This document shows, piece after piece, positions 1-13,074 of a stretch of DNA of 64,000 nt. The notes below the pieces were generated by a model. The model was not told the DNA's origin. It saw only the letters and a program-made list of their open reading frames with translations, and did not search any database. The translations under genes and the position numbers were made by a program. Positions within the stretch are counted from its first letter, which is position 1, and every line of letters starts with the position of its first letter. This stretch comes from Octopus sinensis (Eukaryota). The stretch lies in assembly GCF_006345805.1 (NCBI RefSeq), contig NC_043005.1, positions 20,398,001 through 20,462,000 on the forward strand, in the 5' to 3' direction.

Positions 1-12
1 GATTATACATAT

Positions 13-44
<32 letters not shown>

Positions 45-652
45 AGTGAACAAACATACTGATGTAACACTCAACACAACACATATAGCTGGAGTTGTAT
101 TTGTATTGCGTAACAGGTTAACTTAGCTTCTCTCAGGGACTGATCATGCTTTTTCTTTCATGTCCACAAAACCTTAAGTAACATGAGTAGCTAAGTCAAT
201 GTATCATATATATATGTGTGTGTATGTGTGACAAGAATACCCATCAAACTGAGCAAAATTGCAATTGTGTCAGATACCAGTGTCATGCAAATTGACACCC
301 ATGTTGGTGGCACATAAAAGCACCCTGGTGTCACACAAATGGCACCCATGCCAGTGGCACATAACAGCACCCATTACACTCTTGGAGTGGTTGGCGTTAG
401 GAAGGGCGTTTAGCCATAGAAAAACCATGCCAAATCAGACTGGAGTTTGATGCAGCCTTCTAGAGTGCCAGCCCAGTAAAACCATCTAACCCATGCCAGC
501 ATGGACAACAGACGTTTGCCAGTCCTCAGTCAAATCGTCCAACACATGCTAGCATGGAAAGCGGACATTAAACGATGATGATGGTAGAGAGAGAAAGAAA
601 GACAGATACATACACATACATTATATATACATTATTTGTATCTGGTTTTCAG

Positions 653-819
653 CTGTTCAATATTTCTGGACATGTTAATAACCCCTGTACAGTGGAAGAG
701 GAAATGTCAGTGCCATTAAAAGACCTAATTGAGCGACATGCTGGTGGTGTTATTGGTGGTTGGGACAACCTACTCGCAATTATTCCAGGTGGTTCCTCTA
801 CACCTCTTCTGACCAAAAA
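653..819 (+). CDS. NDUFV1: NADH:ubiquinone oxidoreductase 51-kDa flavoprotein subunit, internal exon (earlier exons lie outside the window)
   Basis: Acceptor ttttcAG at 651-652 and donor GTAAGT at 820. Translates [55 protein letters not shown], which I recognise as NDUFV1/NuoF. Ends in phase 2. Confidence 0.97.
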
Positions 820-1587
820 GTAAGTCTTTCATTTATATTTTTTGTTCTTATAAATATACCTTCATGATCAAATTACACCTGTTTTCCCATACTACCTTTG
901 GTTGGACAGGGCTCACAGCGTCCTGCTACACATTGTGCTTTTGGCCATCTGAATTGTACAGCAACAGAGAAAACTAGTCAGATGCTTGTCCTATCACCAA
1001 TCACTTTGTATATATTATATAACTAGTTGAAACTTTGAACTCACTGTCAACAAGGCACCCACTATGTTCTTGGAGCGGTTTGTGTTAGGAAGGGCATCCA
1101 GCTGTAGAAACCAAGCCAAATAAGACTGGCGCCCATACAGCTGTCTGGTTTACCAATTCCAGTCAAACTGGCTAACCTATTCCAGCATGGAAAGTGGATG
1201 TTAAATGATATATATCATCATCATCATCATTTAACGTCCGCTTTCCATGCTAGCATGGGTTGGACGATTTGACTGAGGACTGGTGAACCAGATGGCTACG
1301 CCAAGCTCCAATCTGATTTGGCAGAGTTTCTGTAGATGGATGCCCTTCCTAACGCTAACCACTCCGAGAGTGTAGTGAGTGCCAGTCATCGAATTTGGTT
1401 CAATTTCGATTTCACTTGCCCCAACAGGTCTTCGCAAGCAGAGTTTAGTGTCCAATGAAGGGAGGTTGGCATGGGTGCCAGTCGTCGAATTTGGTTCGAT
1501 TTCGAATTCAATATATATATATATACACACGCACACACAAATATATATATATGTGTGTGTGTATATACACACATATATATATATGTT

Positions 1588-1637
<50 letters not shown>

Positions 1638-1744
1638 CTTTGTATTTCATGCTAAAGATTACTACATGGTGTACCCAAAGATTTTAACTGTTAATGCATT
1701 CATAAATTAAATAAGTTAAATTTACTAGATACACGAAACATTAG

Positions 1745-2350
1745 CTTTAGTATGTAGGATATTTGGTTGCTGATGAAAGTCAATAAACCTGAAAAGGCAT
1801 CATGCAGTCAGTTCCTTTTTCTATTGTCCACATTGAGGTTGTTTCATGACCTGGACAGATCTTTATGACTGTCGCATGTATGTAATCTATTTAATTCATT
1901 TACAAATGCTGTGATAGCTAAAATCTTTGGGTATAGTCCTAAGTAATTGTTAATATGGAAAATAAGTATTGCTGGTGCATCAGTAATTCATGTAACACGT
2001 GCAATAGCTCAAAATGTGTCTAATATTCAAATCAGTTGACCTAATTTACTTCTAGCTGTAATTGTAAATACAATTTTATAGTGGTTTTAAAATGAAGGGT
2101 GTTTGATTACTGATGAAAGTTAATAATCTATGAATAGCAGTGTCCAGTCAGTCCCTCTTTTACTGATCATGATGAGGGTTTTAATATTAAACAGAGCAGA
2201 CTTTTTTTGACTAGTTCAGGTGTCTAATATATTTAATCAATTTATGATTACAGTGATAGCTAAACTCTTTGGGTATACTCCAAAGTAATCTTTAGTATGG
2301 AAAATAAATGCTGCTTGCACATTAGTAATTCAGTAATATTTGTATGATAA
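1745..2350 (+). repeat. Old tandem duplication of about 340 bp in an NDUFV1 intron
   Basis: Both copies share ctgatgaaagt.aataa, gtgatagctaaa.tctttgggtata and atggaaaataa. A partial inverted copy lies at about 1665-1715. Confidence 0.65.
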
Positions 2351-3087
2351 TTTTCCCACTCTTCATTCCTATTGGATGTTAATAGTAAGGATGATGTGTG
2401 TGTATATGTGGTATTTGCAACTGTTTACACTTCTTTGTTTATTGGTTTCCCTCATTGTTCTGTTACCATGCTAGGGCACTGCCCTCAAAGGCACAGTTGA
2501 TTGTCAGTTATATCAACCCTTGAACATGACTGATTGAAAAATAAAGTTGACTTGTCTGACTTGAAACAAACCAAAAACTTACAGTCTTCTGCTCCTAAAC
2601 ATTTCAGAATTTATATCTACTTCAAGAAGGTAACAGTAAGTCCCCTCTGGTGCATCCTTCCTTGGCACACATTAGCATTAATACCAACGAATGGCTATCC
2701 TTTTCAATTTGTTTTTTATTTCCTCAGGGTCAATAAAATTAGTACCAAGGATTTTATTGACTTGCTCCCTTCTTCAAAATCTGTGACATTGTGCCAAATG
2801 TTAAAAAGTTGTTGACAGAATCAGTAGAATATTAGATATATTGCTTTGTAGTATTTAGTTGTGATCTTTTACAGTCAGAGTTCAAAACCTACCAAGGTCA
2901 ATTTAGCCTTTCAACCTTTCAAAGTCGATTAAAAAAACATACTGGTGGTATACTAGGTGTTATTTCATTGACTGTTCCCTGCCTCAGTTTGAGGATCTTG
3001 GTCAATGCTTGAAATCATTATTTTACTATTGTCAGATAGTTATTATAAAGTTTCTTTTTCCTCATTTATTTCCAAATTAATTTTCAG

Positions 3088-3241
3088 GCAATCAGAAGAT
3101 GTCTTAATGGATTTTGACAGTTTGATCCAATCTGGAACAGGTTTAGGTACAGCAGCTGTCATTGTGATGAATAACTCTGCAGATGTCATCAGATGTATAT
3201 CCCGTTTAAGTGATTTTTACAAACATGAGAGCTGTGGACAG
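3088..3241 (+). CDS. NDUFV1: NDUFV1 exon
   Basis: ttttcAG acceptor at 3086-3087 and GT at 3242. Split codon aa+g gives K, then [51 protein letters not shown], containing the first Cys of the N3 4Fe-4S motif. Confidence 0.97.
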
Positions 3242-4656
3242 GTTAATACTTTGTTTCATTATTTCTACAATATTTATCATTACAAACAATAATCTATACC
3301 CCTGAGTACTGCTTGCAACAAACTTATTACATGTGTGTGTGTGTATGATAGCTGCAAACTCATGTTCTAGTATTACCATTGCCTGATTGAAAGTCCCACA
3401 CATGTGAAGACTATAACCAACCATTTTTGTGATGGATCTTACTTTTTTTTCAAGCGATGCATGTGCATGATGATTTTCACAGGGACGTGGAAATACCTGG
3501 GTTGGTGTCCAGGCACACATTTGGCTCACTGGAAATGGGAGGCCCCTCTGTTGTTGTCACAACCCTCCCCCTCCCAGGAGAGAAAAGCTCTGAGAGAAAA
3601 CCTGTGACACTGACAATATTCAATGATGTAGACTAGTTCTCCTTTTTGAGTTTATGTTATCTATGTTCAGTGAGTAGGATTGGATTTGTGCAAATCCTTT
3701 ACCCACTATAAAAAGATCATCATATGTATACACACACATGTGAGTGTTTGTGTGTGTTTAGTTTTAGTTGTGAAGCAACATTGGCTACTCAAGGGCATGG
3801 AATTTCATACCAGGGCACAAGCTTGACAAGTACTCAGACACAAAATTCTAGGTTTTGAGTCGCAGATGTGGCTTCTCAGCTACAATAAAATGATATGCTC
3901 TACATTATGTATTGAGTTTTGTTTCTCTTTTTCTTCCATTTGAATAATCATTTCAAGATTTGTTAATCCAGTGTTCTGCAGCCAACAAATCTTGGCTGTA
4001 TATGTAGTTTATAAGCAGAGTTAGATCATGTAAATTGTAATGCTTTTAAAAGCTGTTGTTTAGCCCTAGTTTCTTGATTAAGTAGGTCAATGATCAAATA
4101 TATTCCATTTCTTTCTTTTAAGGGTATCTAAAAATGCATTGTTCTGTATGCCCTTTCCTTTTTTGAGATGGTATGCAGTGATTTTTTTTATTGAATCTTA
4201 TCATTAGAGGATCTCACTAAAAGTATTTTTATTGTATTGTATACTTTGGGATTAAATGAATTGAATCAATTAGCGTAAAAGTTCTTGCTCAAGGAAGCAA
4301 CTCTCTAGACTTAAGTGTTCTGATGCCTTAAATATTCAGTCTTCATCCTGCTTTTGTGATAGAATGTCAGTTGTATTGAATTGATGCAAAGACTACAGTT
4401 TCAAGAATCAAACTGAAATTATTAATAAATGACTGCAATAAATACCACTATGATTGCTGCATTGTACTAATACTATACTACATTTATGCCACACTTTGGA
4501 AATACTATGCTACACTAGGTACAATATAATTTTATTCTGTACTTTTGTTCTACTAAATCCTAATTCTATACTATTAATTTTGATTTCTATATTAAAAGCT
4601 GTAATGAAAATTCCTGATACCAGTTGTTCTATGTAAGATATTTTAATTTTTTCTAG

Positions 4657-4711
4657 TGTACCCCATGTCGTGAAGGGTGTGCTTGGATGCAGAAGATAAT
4701 GACACGTTTTG
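4657..4711 (+). CDS. NDUFV1: NDUFV1 exon (55 nt, not in the ORF track)
   Basis: ttttctAG acceptor and GTGAGT donor. Translates CTPCREGCAWMQKIMTRF, completing CxxCxxC. Ends in phase 1. Confidence 0.96.
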
Positions 4712-4983
4712 GTGAGTAGAGTACTATGTAGTAATCTTTCTCTCTTTGTTCAGGCCAATTTATGGAGCTACAAACAACAATGGGCTTATTGTTGGTGGTG
4801 GCTGCTATTCAGCTTTAATCTGTGTTATTGGGGTTAAAGCCATTCACTTTTTCCTGTAAAAGATGTGTGTGTGTGAGTGACCTGAATGATTATTCATAGA
4901 AGTAGTTAGTGTTTTTGCTGAGTAAACGAATATTAAATATTTTGTTGTGTGAATAGTTGTGGGGTTAAGTGTTAGCAATTATA

Positions 4984-6425
4984 TAAAGTCATTAAGAATG
5001 AAATGTCCAATTTTGAACTGAAATTTTTTTTTTACTTTATCTCAACAAAAAGCAAAGGAGTTAACCAAAGTATGCATCTAAAGTATCAATACAATTTTGC
5101 CATTTTATCGGTAGCTTATTTATGCTGGTGGCAAATAATACCGGAGAACAAGAGGTGATGAAATCACGAAAGGCTGTTTTTGCATCTTCTTCAGATTTGA
5201 AGTTTTTTCATTGCAATAAGTTGTCTAATGCCTGGAAAATGTGATAGTCACTTGGTGCAAGGTCTAGCGAATATGGTGGATGAGAGAGTACTTCCAAGCT
5301 CATTTCCTGTAACTTGAGTAGCTTCTTTGTACAACATGGTCGGGCATTGTCTTGTAAGAGAATTGGCCTGTCTCTGTTGACCAATCTTGCAAGTTCACTC
5401 ATCATTTCATCCATTTGGTTGATGTATACATCTGCTCTAATTGACTTACCAGGTCTCATGAAGCTGTAGTGGATGACAACAGTGCTGAACCACCAAACAG
5501 ACACCATTGGCTTTTTTTGGTGAATATTCTTTTTTGGATTGTGTTTTGGCACTTTGTCTCTATTCAACCACCATGCAGAACACTTGCAATTGTTGAAAAG
5601 AATCCATTTTTCATCACACATAACAATACGATGAAAAAATGTTTTGCTTTTATGTTGTGACAGCAATGAAAAGCAAGTTTCAAGATGTGTCATTTGATGC
5701 TCATTCAGTTTGTGTGGTTTTCACATGTCCAGCTTCTTTACCTTGCCAATTTGTTTCATATGGTCTAATACAGTTGGAATCAAAACATCAAACCTTGCTG
5801 CTAACTGATGTGTAGTTTGAGATGTATTCACTTCCACTACAGTTTCCAGCTCATCATTATCCACCTTGGGCTCATGTCTACAATGGGGCTGATGTTCAAG
5901 AGTTAACGTTACCAGACTGGAACTTCTCAAACCATCGACATACAGTGCACTCATTTGCCACATCTTCACCAAACATCTCATTGATGTTTCGAGCTGTCTG
6001 GAATGTGTTGGTTCCACAACAGAACTTATATTCATAAACAACATGAATTTTTGATCTGTCCATGGGTTCACAAAAATTGATTTACAAGAGAAAACTCACA
6101 ATGTAATCATACAGTATGGATTATTGCACTCATTTGCCAATCTCACCAAAATCTCATTGATGTTCGAGCTTGTTGGAATGTGTGGTTCCAAAACCGAACT
6201 TATCTTCATAAACAACCATGAATTTTGAGCTGTCCCTGGGTTCACAAAAATTGATTTACAAGAGAAAACTCACAATGTAATCATACAGTATGGATTAGTT
6301 TTGAAAAGTGATGATGTAACCCTTCAATGTTGTAAAACAAAGAATTGTCAGGATAAAACATTAGAGTTAATGACTGTCAAAGTTGGTGCATAAGAAAATT
6401 GGATATTTCCTTCTTAATGACCTGA
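4984..6425 (-). mobile_element. Full-length decayed mariner (DD34D) transposon in an NDUFV1 intron
   Basis: Imperfect TIRs of about 31 bp (taaagtcattaagaatgaaatgtccaatttt versus the right-end reverse complement tcaggtcattaagaaggaaatatccaatttt), with TA on both sides. Transposase motifs MDRSKIHVVYEYKF, CDEKW, QDNARP and HPPYSLDLAPSDY, with frameshifts. Confidence 0.93.
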
Positions 6426-6734
6426 TATTTATGAACTAATAGATCAAATACTTTAGATTTACTTGGAGTTGTTCCAGCATCTCTTGTTTAACTCCTGGTA
6501 AACCTTGACTGAGCAGGCCTATGATCAAAGGAGTTCCAGACATGATCATCCCCTCCTTCATTCAGACATAACTATTTAATGTTCTCTTCTCTTTTCTAAG
6601 AAATATGATTTAGGGAGATTTGGCTGCTATATCTACCAAGTTGAGTGACTGTCTTGTTTATATTGGATTAAATTACTCTCAGACTTATTACACAGAAACA
6701 AAAGCCTAACACCAGTACGATATAAGCTTTGAAA

Positions 6735-7200
6735 GTACAGTTGTTAGAGCAAGAACTGGTCAGAGAAAGTTCAAGGAGTTACTATAACATTTGACAACAA
6801 AGATCTTTTCCCTAAAATGAGAGGCAGTTTGTATGATGTTTGTGTCAGAACTGCAATACTGCACGGTAGTGAAATATTGGCTTTGAATGAAGAGGAACTT
6901 GGGAAGACTGGAAAGAAATGAAGTGAGCATGCTCTGTTGGATATGCAATGTGTGTGTGCATGAAAGAATTGGTTCAAAGGTACTTAGTGAAAAACTGGGC
7001 ATAAGAGGAATCAGATGTTGTGTTCAGGAAAAGAGACTGCACTGGTATGGATGTAAAATGTATGGATGAGAACAGCTGTATAAAGAAGTGCTGTTTGCTT
7101 AGTGTTATTGGAACCTGCAGAAGCAGAAGACCTAGGGTGAAGTGGCAAAAGCTGACCTCAGGACCCTGAGCTTGCCACGTTAGATGACAAAAACTGGGAT
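6735..7200 (+). mobile_element. RTE-clade LINE 3' fragment
   Basis: LYDVCVRTAILHGSE...RLERNEVSMLCWICNV...EKLGIRGIRCCVQEKRLHWYG, typical of the RTE ORF C-terminal region. Confidence 0.75.
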
Positions 7201-7909
7201 CTCTGGTGATATGAAGTTCTCAAAAGGATTCACTCTATTCAGCAAGAAAATGAAATTCTGGAAGTGCTATGTTTTGGGTTCTCCACCTATTACAGTGACT
7301 CTCCCCACTGGCTCCACAACTGCCCTATCATATATTTCTCTCTTGTCCTCCTCATACTTCTGCTGCTTGCCACCCATCCTCTTCTGCATCTCTCTATCTT
7401 CCTCAGCTCATGGTTCTTGTTTCATCCCCACTTCAACCCTATCGATGTTGGCAGTCTGTCTCCTCACTCTTCATTCACCTCTCCATATAATCTTTTAAAC
7501 CACAGCCCACCCTCTTCTATGACGACGATCATCATCATCATCGTTTAACGTCCGTTCTCCATGCTAGCATGGGTTGGACCGTTCGACCGGGGATCTGGGA
7601 AGCCAGAAGGCTGCACCAGGCTCCGGTCTTATCTGGCAATGTTTCTACAGCTGGATGCCCTTCCTAACGCCAACCACTCCGTGAGTGTAGTGGGTGCTTT
7701 TTACGTGCCACCTGACGATGATTATCAGCCTCCTGAAGACTGAGTGTACCTTTTCTTCTTTCCTTTTCCGCTCACTATTATCTGTGTAGATATATGTAAC
7801 AAAGGTGTTAAATGAAGACAATCAGAATAAAACACGAGATAAATTGAATAGTTTGACTTCTCTTTCTACATGTTTAATTTTCCTCATTTGATCCCAAATT
7901 TCTCTTCAG

Positions 7910-8019
7910 TTGCTGGCAATGGTCAACCAGAAGAAATTGATATGTTATTTGAACTGTCCAAACAGATTGAAGGTCACACCATATGTGCTCTTGGAGATGG
8001 TGCTGCTTGGCCAGTACAG
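7910..8019 (+). CDS. NDUFV1: NDUFV1 exon
   Basis: tctcttcAG acceptor and GTAAAA donor. Translates [37 protein letters not shown], containing the fourth N3 Cys. Confidence 0.97.
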
Positions 8020-9289
8020 GTAAAACATAAATAATTATTTGCCTTTTTTTTTTTGTTACTTTTTTTTTCCTATCTGTTTTCTTTCTCTCTCTCATTTGTC
8101 TGTCTTTACATTCTTCAGTGATTGTGATACAGCTCTGTCTAATATGTTTATAACAGGGAGTTGTATCAGCTGGATTTTATCTCAGAACACTGAGTAACAT
8201 AACCATCTTATTTCTTTACTGCCCACAAGAGGCTACATACAGAGGGGACAAACAAGGACAGACAAATGGATTAAGTCGATTACATCGACCCCAGTGCGTA
8301 ACTGATACTTATTTAATCGACCCCGAAAGGATGAAAGGCAAAGTTGACCTTGGCGGAATTTGAACTCAGAATGTAATGGCAGACGAAATACCTATTTCTT
8401 TATTACCCACAAGGGGCTAAACACACAGAGGACAAACAAGGACAGACAAACGGATTGTTGATTATATTGACCCCAGTGCGTAACTGGTACTTATTTAATC
8501 GACCCCGAAAGGATGAAAACCAAAGTCGACCTCGGCGGAATTTGAACTCAGAACATAGCGGCAGACAAAATACAGCTACGCATTTCGCCCGGCGTGCTAA
8601 CGATTCTGCCAGCTCACCACCTTCATAACCATCTATCATAAAGTATGTTGTCCTATGCCCTACTGATTCTTCCCTCCATTCTTTTTTGCTGATACAGTTT
8701 ACTATACTCTCAGATCAACACTGATCAAGCAGACCTTTGATTGAAAGCATTCTAACTGTGATCACATCATCATTCTGTGGTTATCTAAAACTAAAGACGT
8801 TATTTGAAGTAGATTTTGCTGCTATTTCTCACGAATTAAAAGACCATGTCGGCTCATAGGAATACTATTTTCAAGAAGTGAAATGACTTCATGAGTGAAG
8901 TATTAAACTAACATTCCATCAATCACAAGCTCAAATTTGCTGCAGACACTTCATTGTGTTTCTAGGCTGGGCATTTAATTCTGCATTGCATTGTTCATCT
9001 TAGTTATCAGATATTTGTGAGAAAATCAGCTGGAAAGATGAGCATCATATCCAAAAGAAAGTGGTGGTGTAGTGAGTGAACATTGCTTGAAATGTTTGTC
9101 TTGAAACTATAAGTGTGATGAATTATCATTATCATCACTCCCACCACCACCACTACCATCACCACCATCACCATTAGTGTAAGTGTTAGGAGGGTTGTGG
9201 ACAGACAGTATCAGTGTAGTGATTGATCAAATGCCTTGTCGTATTTAGTTATATCTATTTATGTTATGTCTGTAATTCATGAAATACAT

Positions 9290-9720
9290 GAAGTTTTGAG
9301 GGTTTATTTTTGCAAGTGAGACATTAATTTCATAGACGTACAAACCTCTAATCTCCTTCAAAGAAGAATCCTACAACTTGTAGTACTCCAGCCACTTCAT
9401 GAAGGCCCCGTGGAAGACCCCTAAGGGAAGGTGTCCAGGACCCTTTTCACAGCATCTTTCATCTGAATGTCTTTAAAACAACTGCCCCTGTGGTTTTCCT
9501 TCAGCTTGAGAAACAACCAAAGTCACAGGGAGCAGAGTCTGGACTGTATGGAAGGTGTTGGTCAGTTTTGATGCCCATCTCTGTCAAGTAGTTGGCCAAC
9601 AGGATGGAATTGTGGACTGGTACATTATCCTGGTGCAGATGCCATCGACCTGAGTGGAAGAGCTCTGTCCTTTTGCAACAAAATCTCTTTCTGGACTCCC
9701 TCAAAACTGCCACAAGGTGG
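9290..9720 (-). mobile_element. Mariner transposase 3' fragment
   Basis: WHLHQDNVPVHNS...HLPYSPDSAPCDF. Confidence 0.85.
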
Positions 9721-9889
9721 AATAATGTGGTTGATTTTTGCTTCTCATTGTCCTGGAGTTAATAAATGCCAGTCAAGTACTGGGGCCAATAAAGTTGACT
9801 GTGCCCTCCCCCAACAAACGATTTGTTACTTCGTGTTTGTGAGAAGTCTTTATTGATATTATTGTTCTTTTTGTCTCTTCCTGTTGTAG

Positions 9890-9967
9890 GGTCTCATACG
9901 TCACTTCAGGCCTCTCATTGAGGACCGAATGCTCCAGTACAAGAAGAAGGTGGCTGCAAAGAACTGA
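9890..9967 (+). CDS. NDUFV1: NDUFV1 terminal coding exon
   Basis: ctgttgtAG acceptor. Translates GLIRHFRPLIEDRMLQYKKKVAAKN then TGA at 9965-9967. Confidence 0.96.
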   Translation, partial: GLIRHFRPLIEDRMLQYKKKVAAKN

Positions 9968-10200
9968 AGCAAGAATGAGAAGCAGATGTATTTTAAATTA
10001 GAAAGGAAATAAAGAAGAAAGTCAATATATTTTAACCAGAGAACATTTTATGAATTAACCCTTTTAAATGCAGGTTGTCCTCACCACCACCAATTGGTCC
10101 TTTCTTTATAATATGTAGAATATGCAATGCACAGATATATATATATATTTTATGTATATATATATTATATATATATATAATCAGCATTAAAGGGTTAAAG

Positions 10201-10206
10201 AATAAA
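10201..10206 (+). promoter_or_regulatory. Candidate NDUFV1 polyadenylation signal
   Basis: AATAAA followed by a GT/T-rich tract (gatgtgttgattttgctttttgtg). A second AATAAA lies at 10008-10013. Confidence 0.5.
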
Positions 10207-10828
10207 GGTTGATGTGTTGATTTTGCTTTTTGTGACTTAGATTTCTAAATAAATTTCTATCAAGGGTTAAACTTGTTATTGTTTTTGTTCATTTCAGTTA
10301 TTTAGTAATTTTTCTTATACATAAATTTTTGTACTTAACTCTTATATTTGTTGTCCTCTTTATTTGTTCTTGTTCTGTTATTGTCTCTCTGCAACCTCTT
10401 CTCTCTACTATGTGTTGTTATTTTGTTAAATGTTTGTCTCTTCCTCCACCTAACAACTGTGATGTCCCTAATCCGATGGTTGTTAAACTTTTATTAATGC
10501 TGGAGATCAAATAAGAAGGATTACTGACACACTTCTTATAGAAGGTTAAAATAATAAAACTTTGTTTTTAAGTTACAAACTTTAAAAAGATGTGTAGAAA
10601 GTTGTTGCTTTCTCTGTTTTATTGTTCTTACATGTGTATGACAGAATTCAAGCATTAGTCTAAATTTTCATAAAATGTAAATTATATTTTTATATTCTGG
10701 AACCACTGTAGTATAAAATAAAAATGATAATAATAATAATAATAAAACATTGTGTACAGTGCTCAGGTGCACTACAACTCATCTAAAGTGTATATATAAT
10801 TAGGTGTAGTTTTGGCGGATTTCGGAAA

Positions 10829-12895
10829 GCATGCAATGTCCTTCAATGTATAAAAGTCTTGCAAATACTATATTATTCATTGTAATTTAAATTTTTATAA
10901 TTATCATTAAATCATTAAGTGAAATAGCAAAAAAAAAATGTTACCAATATAAGATCTGTCATTTTTGATAGCACAAGTGGCAATATGCTTTATATATCAA
11001 TGTGAACCATTATTTTCAGAAGACAGGTGGCATTGTCACATTTAAGAAAGACTGGAAATATTTTTTTCTTTTAAGTTTAGTGTGAAGTCTTTGCATATGG
11101 AACTGATCAATGATTTCTCCTATTCTTTTGATGTCCTGTTTTCTATCTTGATAGAATGGTCAGCATTGAGGACAATGTGGGTATGCTAGTGTGTGTGTGT
11201 GCAGTGAATAAAGATAGAACTTTGGATTCAGAAAAATCTCCAAGGATTCGAAAAGCAGCAAAGTCTTTTGGTAGTTTAGAGTCTTGGATCTGGTCGCAAA
11301 GCCATCAACAATGAAACAAAAATATCTGTTTTTAAATTCTTTGTGTTATCTTCTCTTCTATACTTCTTGAAACTTGGACATATTACAGACATCACTGCAG
11401 ACACCCAGAACAATTCTATCAAAAATGCTTACTCTATTCTAAAAATAAAATGGAATACATTCAACCCCGACTCTGTTGTTGTAGCTCCACTTGATATTTG
11501 TTCCATCCAGGTAATAATTTCGAAAAATTGACTACGATGGTCTGAACATATTGTCCACATGACTGACAAGCATTCTCCTAAGTAATTGTTTTACAGGGAA
11601 TTTGTTTTGGGAAAAAAGAAATAGTGTAAGCTAAAGAAAAGGTTCAAGAACACATTTAAGAACGTGAAGAATGTAGAATTGATTTTGAAAAATCTGGAAC
11701 CATTTAAGCTTTGACTTCATTAGTTTCCTCACCCTTCTGATGTACTTCTTCTCTCAATTTTCACTTTTATTTTTTATGTTAGATTCTAATATTTCCAAGA
11801 TATTTATAATTCTCTCCTTGTTGGGTGAAATGCAATCAGTTAAGGAGAAGGAAAACCCCAAATTAATATTGCCTTCCAGCATGCCCAAAGCCAGCATGGA
11901 AGTTGTGGGCTGTGCTGCCAAAACTAACCACGAGGCATGTCAATGTCCTTCATGTATAAAAGTCTTGCAAATACTATATTATTCATTGTAATTAAATTTT
12001 ATAATTATCATTAATCATACGTGAACTAGCCCAAAAAAAATGTTACCAATATAAGATCTGTCATTTTGATAGCACAAGTGGCAATATGCTTTATCTATCA
12101 ATGTGAACCATTATTTTCAGAAGACAGTGCCATTGTCACATTTAAGAAAGACTGGAATATTTTTTCTTTTAAGTTAGTGTGAAGTCTTTGCATATGGACT
12201 TATCAATGAATTTCTCCTATTCTTTTGATGTCCTGTTTCTTTATCATTGATAGACTCATGAGGACAATGTGGTATGCTAGTGTGTGTGTGTGCAGTGAAT
12301 AGATAGAACTTTGGATTCAGAAAATCTCCAAGGATTCGAAAAGCAGCAAAGTCTTTGGTAGTTTAGAGTCTTTTGATCTGGTCGCAAGCCATCAACATGA
12401 AACAAAAATTCTGTTTTTAATTCTTTGTGTTATCTTCTCTTCTATACTTCTTGAAACTTGGACAGATTACAGACATCACTGCAGACACCAGAACAATTCT
12501 ATCAAAAATGCTTACTCTATTCTAAAAATAAAATGGAAATACATTCAACCACCCCGACTCTGTTGTTGTAGCTCACTTGATATTTGTTCCATCCAGGTAT
12601 ATTTCGAAAAATTGACTACGATGTCTGAACATATTGTCCACATGACTGACAAGCATTCTCCTAATAATTGTTTTACAGGAATTTGTTTGGGAAAAAAGAA
12701 ATAGTGTAGCTAAAGAAAAGGTTCAAGAACACATTTAAGAACGTGAAGAATGTAGAATTGATTTTGAAAAATCTGGAACCATTTAAGCTTTGACTTCATT
12801 AGTTTCCTCACCCTTCTGATGTACTTCTTCTCAATTTTCACTTTTATTTTTATAGTTAGATTCTAATATTCCAAGATATTTATAATTCTTTCCTT
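10829..12895 (+). repeat. About 1-kb direct duplication (10829-11819 and 11935-12895)
   Basis: The copies are colinear. The second is about 30 nt shorter through scattered 1-nt deletions, often in homopolymers. Confidence 0.92.
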
Positions 12896-13074
12896 CATTT
12901 AGTGATTTTAATGCCTGGCCATATGGTAATTGGATGCCTTCACTCCTGACTACCTGTCCCTTTTTTAAGTCGCACATTATGCTGTTATCTGCACCAAATT
13001 CATACAAATATCTTTGCTGAAGAGTTTTACAGTTTGTATTAAGGAATCTATCACTTGTTTATTTCAACTAAAAA

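Noticed and set aside
1231-1710. Long ORFs rich in CV/HT/YI repeats (also near 26.5k, 35.3-35.6k, 37.4-37.6k, 43.7-43.9k, 50.5-50.9k and 61.6-62.1k)
   Set aside because: They are translations of (CA)n, (TA)n and (TATG)n microsatellites, which lack stop codons in some frames.
1770-1800. CTGATGA...GAAA motif (and CTGATGA at 2110, 33931 and 63629)
   Set aside because: There is no stem II, helix III or NUH arrangement.
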